A model generated the notes under the pieces. That model did no database searches. It was given only the letters and a program-made list of their open reading frames with translations, and had not been told where the DNA came from. From the NCBI GenBank assembly GCA_965216875.1, contig OZ244207.1, positions 4,832,001 through 4,896,000 of the forward strand: DNA of 64,000 nucleotides, written 5' to 3'. Of the stretch, positions 58,855 to 64,000 are shown one piece after another; position 1 is the first letter of the stretch, and each line of letters opens with the position of its first letter. A program made the position numbers and the translations under genes. The stretch comes from Rubripirellula sp. GTDB taxonomy: Bacteria > Planctomycetota > Planctomycetia > Pirellulales > Pirellulaceae.

Positions 58855-60291
58855 TCAAAACTTATGTCGCCCTTGCTTTGCCGCTTTGTGCGCTTCGCGG
58901 GTATCGAGTGGCACGCCCGGATCTCGTTGGTATTCCATCCAACGGTCAAGCTCGGCACTCAGTTCCTTCTTGATCGCTGCATAGGTCACATCGTCGGCCA
59001 GGTTGTTGAGCTCTTCCGGATCGGTCGCCGTGTGATAGAGCTGTTCGGCGGGGCGTTTCATGTACCGCTTGACCATCCGCTCCGTCCAAGGGTTTTCGTA
59101 AGTTTGAAACACCCAGGTCGACCAGTACGGGTTGTTTAGCTTTGCATCGCCGCGCATCCCCATGAGGTGTTTTTCTATGTAGATTTCATCCGGCGTCAGG
59201 TTCCGAATGTAGCGGTACTCGCCGTTGGTCACCGTTCGAATCGGATAGGAAGGACCTTCGGGAATGTTGTTGTGGATCCCGTAGGCATACTCGCGATGCT
59301 GTTTCGTCGAATCGAACAGGCAGCTTGCGAAACTTCCGCCGTCATAAGGAAAGTCTGTGGCGTCTCCACCGGCAAGTTCCACCAACGTCGGGGCCACATC
59401 GGCGTATTGCACGATTGCATCGGTCCGCTTTTCGGCCGCGATCTTTCCAGGCCAACGTGCAATCAAGCCCGTGTGCAGACCGCTGTCCCAATTGGTCCAT
59501 TTGCATCCGGGAAACTGCGAGCCTTGCTCGGAAGTAAACAACACCAAAGTGTCATCTGCTTTGCCGCTCAATTCGAGCATGTGCAAGATTTCGCCGACCT
59601 GACCGTCCATGTAAGTGATTTCGGCGAGGTATCGAGAAAAAGCCTCTCGCGTCACTTCGGTATCGGCCAAATACTTTGGCAATTTAATCTTCTCGGGTGG
59701 GTACGCCGACGCGTCTCCCATCACCCATGGCACGTGCGGCTCGACTAAAGCAACCACCAAACAGAACGGATCGTCACTACGTGAAACGAATTCCGCCGCG
59801 GGCGCCAACTCATGCGCGGTCGTTGGATCACGAACACAACTGGGGTCAAATCCGCCAACGTTTTCGAAGGGGAACGCTTTGCGTGGCGTGACATGTTTTT
59901 TGCCAGCGATTCCAACGCGGTATCCAAACTTGCCAAGGTGCTGCGGCAAACTTGTCGTGTCGGCTCGGCTACCCGAGTGATTCCACGCCGCACCGTTTCG
60001 CATCGGATGTTGCCCGGTGTACAGCTCACTGCGACACGGCTGACACATCGCTTCGCTCACGTAGGCTCGATTGAAAACCAAGCCTTGCGAGGCGAGCTGA
60101 TCCAAATTCGGCGTCTTCGCATTCTTACCACCGTAGAGCGGCAAATCGGAATGCGTGCAATCATCAGCCATGATGATCAGGAAGTTTGGCTTCGAGTCAT
60201 CGGCGGTGGCAACAGAACTCACCGCGCCGACAACGAAACTCAGAAGCAACAAAAAGCCAACAACGCTCGTTCGAATTCCGATCCTATTCAC
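58855..60291 (-). CDS. Sulfatase (N-sulfoglucosamine sulfohydrolase-like)
   Basis: KPNFLIIMADDC, CQPCR motif, GKKH, SEQG; paralog of 12736-14127. Confidence 0.9.
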   Translation of the reverse strand: MNRIGIRTSVVGFLLLLSFVVGAVSSVATADDSKPNFLIIMADDCTHSDLPLYGGKNAKTPNLDQLASQGLVFNRAYVSEAMCQPCRSELYTGQHPMRNGAAWNHSGSRADTTSLPQHLGKFGYRVGIAGKKHVTPRKAFPFENVGGFDPSCVRDPTTAHELAPAAEFVSRSDDPFCLVVALVEPHVPWVMGDASAYPPEKIKLPKYLADTEVTREAFSRYLAEITYMDGQVGEILHMLELSGKADDTLVLFTSEQGSQFPGCKWTNWDSGLHTGLIARWPGKIAAEKRTDAIVQYADVAPTLVELAGGDATDFPYDGGSFASCLFDSTKQHREYAYGIHNNIPEGPSYPIRTVTNGEYRYIRNLTPDEIYIEKHLMGMRGDAKLNNPYWSTWVFQTYENPWTERMVKRYMKRPAEQLYHTATDPEELNNLADDVTYAAIKKELSAELDRWMEYQRDPGVPLDTREAHKAAKQGRHKF

Positions 60292-60363
60292 GCTAAAAAA
60301 CCTTGCTCAGAGGAAGTGGTGGTGGCTGCGAACAATCGGAGCAGGTGTCGCGCTCAGATCGTA

Positions 60364-62292
60364 TCACTTTCTGTTTGGATCAACACTCTCGATGTACGAA
60401 AGGATCTCGAAGATTTCATCTTTCGTGTATTGATCAAGTAGAGCCTTGGGCATCATCGAAACCGAAGAAGGAACCATCGCGTCGATATCGTCCTGAGGAA
60501 TGACCACGGGCTCCGCCTCGGCGTTGGCCAACAAGGTGATGTTGTCGTCATCCTCTTTGACCAGCACACCGGAATAGGTCTGACCATCGAAGGTCAACAC
60601 CTTTTGCATTGCGTACTTCGCATCCACTTTGTGGGAGGGGTCAAGGATTTCACGCAAGACACCAACGCGATCGCCTTTCCAACGTGTCATCGTTTCGGTC
60701 AGGTCGGGACCGATCACGCCACCTTCGCCTTGCACCTTATGGCACCCAGCGCACGACGCTTCGGCAAACAATCGCTTGCCAATGTCGGGCGTGCGGCCGC
60801 GCAGACCGGCGTCCAATTCGCCTTTCAACTCGTCGACCGTCCACTTCTGCACAAACGTCCGGTTGCTCCCGATCGGGTTGGCTGGCTCGACCGGGTCTTT
60901 CAACCAAGCGTCCAAATCTTCGACCACCACCATCACGCCATACATGCGGTACCAGTGTTGGGGGAAAGTGCAAACGTAGGGGTATTCACCCGGTTCTTTG
61001 GGCGCCTTGAAAGTCAAGGCTTCCTGTTTGTCGGCAGCGACCATTTGGGTTGCGAACAGAACCTTGTCCGATTCGGGAACATACTGCAGCCCTTTCCAAC
61101 CGTTGTTGGGTCCGACTTGCAAGCCAAGTTGCGCGACCTCTTTCAACGCACCTGGCGTCGTGAAGACAAGGTTGTGCGGCATCAAGTCGTGATTTTCTAA
61201 GACGACTTGAACCGAGCGCCCCGCTTCGACGGCAAAGTAGGGAATGTCGTAACGCATCTCTTCTTCGACGGTCTTGATGCGAACGACGCGCACCGTGACT
61301 TCGCCAAGTCGCTTGCGATAGTTGCGTGCGTCTTTGGTTGGCAATCGCGCCAACAATTGGTCAGCCAATTGCATCGCATCGATAAACTGAGTCGAAGTGC
61401 GGTCTTTCGCCGGTGTCTCTTCGGCATGCTTGACGAGCACTTCGACCAACTCACCACTAAGCGTTTCGTCGCGGTCGTTCGACGGCACTTTCAACAGCGT
61501 GCGAACCGCCGCGGTGCGAAGTTTGGGTTGGGAGACAAAGGGAGCAAGCAACTTGAATGTTTCCGCTTGCTTGGAAGGGATATGGGCAAGCGTCTCAATC
61601 GCCGCGACACGCTGTTCCACAGATGTCTTGATGCCAACCGCCGTCACGACGACATCCCTCAACTCGGAACGTTGCTCTTGAGAGGGGACGAGCGGAATGG
61701 CACGCAACCAGTCCAATCCCAAATCATCATCAAACTTGCTCACACGAAGAACTGACTGTTCGGCCTTTCCCGCGGTAATCATCGCAGCGAATCCGGCTGT
61801 GCGGACGGCGGCGTTGTCGGAATCGACCGCTTCCCACAAAGTCTCCAGACGTTCTTCGAGGCTTTTCGCGTCCAGCTTGACCAGCATCGCCGTCAACTGC
61901 CGTGCCGCTCGACGTTCTTGCGGATCATCAAGGTCAAACTTGTCGAGCGCGCCGAGCAACACGGCAACGGCATTGGAATCCTGCAGCTCAACCAGCGCCT
62001 CGACAGCTTCTTCGCGGAACTTCGGTGACATCCCAACCCTGGTCAGAATCGCTTGGTAGACCGGAATGTACTTGGCATCGTCTGCCTTCCGCTCCACGAG
62101 CAACAGACGCTGGTTATCCAAACGCTTCAGCTGGTACTCAACGATCCTTGGACTCTTGTCCAAGAAGACTTTGGGACGCTGAACGGGCTCTTTCGCCGCA
62201 CTTTCACCATGAGAATGATCTTGCGCAATCGCCTGAAAAACGTTCAAAAGGAGTAGCGACAACAATGCAAAGGAAACGCGAGGAATAAGCAT
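60364..62292 (-). CDS. HEAT-repeat + azurin/auracyanin-like cupredoxin + cytochrome c protein
   Basis: Signal peptide; MPHNLVF...YPYVCTFPQHWYRM type-1 Cu ligands; CAGCH heme motif, IGPDLT, SMMPKAL. Confidence 0.88.
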   Translation of the reverse strand: MLIPRVSFALLSLLLLNVFQAIAQDHSHGESAAKEPVQRPKVFLDKSPRIVEYQLKRLDNQRLLLVERKADDAKYIPVYQAILTRVGMSPKFREEAVEALVELQDSNAVAVLLGALDKFDLDDPQERRAARQLTAMLVKLDAKSLEERLETLWEAVDSDNAAVRTAGFAAMITAGKAEQSVLRVSKFDDDLGLDWLRAIPLVPSQEQRSELRDVVVTAVGIKTSVEQRVAAIETLAHIPSKQAETFKLLAPFVSQPKLRTAAVRTLLKVPSNDRDETLSGELVEVLVKHAEETPAKDRTSTQFIDAMQLADQLLARLPTKDARNYRKRLGEVTVRVVRIKTVEEEMRYDIPYFAVEAGRSVQVVLENHDLMPHNLVFTTPGALKEVAQLGLQVGPNNGWKGLQYVPESDKVLFATQMVAADKQEALTFKAPKEPGEYPYVCTFPQHWYRMYGVMVVVEDLDAWLKDPVEPANPIGSNRTFVQKWTVDELKGELDAGLRGRTPDIGKRLFAEASCAGCHKVQGEGGVIGPDLTETMTRWKGDRVGVLREILDPSHKVDAKYAMQKVLTFDGQTYSGVLVKEDDDNITLLANAEAEPVVIPQDDIDAMVPSSVSMMPKALLDQYTKDEIFEILSYIESVDPNRK

Positions 62293-62340
62293 CGAATTTT
62301 CGATTAGTTATGCGATGGATGGAACGCGGTGAATTGAAAG

Positions 62341-62369
62341 CAGGTTGCGTGCGGAACGCACGCAACCTG
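62341..62369. other. Perfect 13-bp hairpin between co-oriented genes (terminator or mRNA-stabilising stem)
   Basis: CAGGTTGCGTGCG-GAA-CGCACGCAACCTG; only a short T run follows on the minus strand. Confidence 0.55.
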
Positions 62370-62416
62370 GTTGTGGGTTTCGTTGACACCGAAAACAACG
62401 GTGCCCATTGATCGAG

Positions 62417-64000
62417 CTACTGTTCGAGACGACGCATCGTTTCGTCGAGCGTGTACTGCAAGTAGTCATCAACGTCGTTTTCGAGGACGCCAAGCGCTAA
62501 CTCGATTGCATCATCGCCGGACAAGAAACTGACCGCACGCACGCCTTCCAAACGGACGCGAGGATGTTTGTCGGCGATACACTTCTCGAGCAGTTCTTTG
62601 TGGTTGGGAATGTCATCCAACCAGAACGACAGGACTCGAGTCGCTGCAGCGCGAGCACGATGATCTTTCGATGACAACATTCGCTCGAGCAATGATTGGT
62701 TGACCACATTGTGAGTCTGGTACATCCAAAGCCCTTCGAGCATGTGGTGCTCGTAGTCTTTGCCCGACTCATCCAGCGACTTCATCCACTGATCCACTGC
62801 AGCAAGCACCTTGTCGCTATCACGCTCGGCCAACTCTCGCTTGGCTCGATAACGCGTCCGGTCTTCAACAACTTCCAACAGCTTGACAAGCTTCTCGATC
62901 GGCTCGCCATCGATTTTTGCTGGCTGTACAAGCGGTCGCGTTTTATGAGTGATACGCCAAATACGACCGTGGCTATGGTCACGATTGGGCTCGCGAAGGT
63001 TGTGCTGGAGATGGCCAATCAGAGCGTTGTGCCAGTCGACGATATAGAGTGATCCATCGGGTGCAAATTGGATATCCACGGGACGGAAGTTGCCGTCTCG
63101 GCACATCACAATGGGTTCAACTTCTTTCCCGACGAAACCACTTTCCGTCTCGCGGACTTCGTGGTTAAGCACCCCACGATCACCAATCACGTTGGTCACC
63201 AAAAAGTTGCCCTGGACTTCAGGCGGGAAGTGACTGCTGGAAACCATCGCACAACCGGAAAGCGGGCGAATCCGCTTGGGGTAAAAGGTGGGGAACTTGA
63301 ACTTTGGATCACCACCGGCGATCGCGGCGATGCGACGATGCTGACTTCCACCGGGATGCTTCAAAGGATGATCAATCCGGCCGCTAATGGGCGCCGCCCA
63401 GTAGCTGTTTCCTGGTGACGCATCGCCGATAAAGTTCTGTCCCCAACGATCGAACACGTGTCCCCAAGGGTTGGCGAACGCAAAGTTACAGAAGACTCCT
63501 GTCTTTTGACTCTTCGGATGAAAACGCCAGATTCCTGCTTCGCTAAGTCGTGTCAGTCCGTAGGGACTTTCGACTTGTGAAAATTTGAACGTCCCTTCCT
63601 GGAAGTACAGGTTGCCGCCTGGTCCCCATTCGAATGCAGCGATTCCATGGTGCGAGTCGGCCGAACAAAAGCCGACCAAGTGCCGAACACGCTCGTCCTC
63701 TTTGTCGTCACCATCGGTGTCCTTGATAAACAGCACGTCAGGTTGCTGGGCAACGTAGACACCACCATTTCCGATTTCGAAGCCGGTCGGCTGGTGGAGT
63801 CCGCCAGCAAAGACTTTGCACTCGTCCGCTTTCCCGTCCTTGTCGTGGTCTTCGAAGACAAGCAGCTTGTCGTCCATCTTCGTTTTTGGCTTCCAGTGCG
63901 GATACGACTGCATCGTGGCGACCCACAAGCGTCCTTTGTTGTCAAAGTTCAATGCGACGGGGTTGGCCAGTTCTGGAAACTCTTCTTCCGAAGCGACCAG
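62417..64000 (-). CDS. PVC-type dehydrogenase (beta-propeller + HEAT repeats), 5' partial
   Basis: The frame is open to the window end (LVASEEEFPELANPVALNFDNKGRLWV); FRPVDIQFAPDGSLYIVDWHNALIGH; HEAT-like C-terminus with no CxxCH in the visible part. Confidence 0.88.
   Translation of the reverse strand: MVASEEEFPELANPVALNFDNKGRLWVATMQSYPHWKPKTKMDDKLLVFEDHDKDGKADECKVFAGGLHQPTGFEIGNGGVYVAQQPDVLFIKDTDGDDKEDERVRHLVGFCSADSHHGIAAFEWGPGGNLYFQEGTFKFSQVESPYGLTRLSEAGIWRFHPKSQKTGVFCNFAFANPWGHVFDRWGQNFIGDASPGNSYWAAPISGRIDHPLKHPGGSQHRRIAAIAGGDPKFKFPTFYPKRIRPLSGCAMVSSSHFPPEVQGNFLVTNVIGDRGVLNHEVRETESGFVGKEVEPIVMCRDGNFRPVDIQFAPDGSLYIVDWHNALIGHLQHNLREPNRDHSHGRIWRITHKTRPLVQPAKIDGEPIEKLVKLLEVVEDRTRYRAKRELAERDSDKVLAAVDQWMKSLDESGKDYEHHMLEGLWMYQTHNVVNQSLLERMLSSKDHRARAAATRVLSFWLDDIPNHKELLEKCIADKHPRVRLEGVRAVSFLSGDDAIELALGVLENDVDDYLQYTLDETMRRLEQ

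Overview
A gene-dense, moderately GC-rich bacterial chromosomal window. The gene content points to Planctomycetota, probably Pirellulaceae: two DUF1559 prepilin-like genes, a DUF1549/DUF1553 + DUF1501 pair, PVC-type heme-binding dehydrogenases, four sulfatases and two ECF sigma factors. This assignment is inferred from gene families, not from a marker gene. About 46 CDS are supported. They cover a XylR-regulated oxidoreductase/PVC-dehydrogenase locus, PhoD, an FHA-metallo-beta-lactamase + KaiC-like ATPase pair, an ECF/FecR/EF-hand module divergent from a DUF1553/DUF1501 module, and a hydroxyproline epimerase + D-amino-acid dehydrogenase. They also include an AraC-linked fucose locus (DUF1559 - lipoprotein - TPR/FG-GAP protein - GH29 - AKR - FucP), a three-gene phosphorelay with a LOV domain, pntAB, and a cupredoxin/cytochrome c module. 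The strongest candidate for an undescribed system is a tightly coupled minus-strand operon at 45.5-53.5 kb: a membrane-anchored PspA/ESCRT-III-like coiled coil, a tandem FHA-like protein, a membrane Ser/Thr kinase, two paralogous membrane proteins, and an ECF sigma factor with a fused Zn-finger. Shared promoter/operator motifs are visible directly in the DNA: AraC-type boxes link the DUF1559 and fucosidase operons, and mirror-image ECF-type promoters sit at 21.5 kb. Several families of REP-like palindromes occur, with a dense mosaic at 53.6-54.3 kb. No rRNA, tRNA, CRISPR array or transposase was recognised. All calls are from motif recognition by eye; no searches were run.
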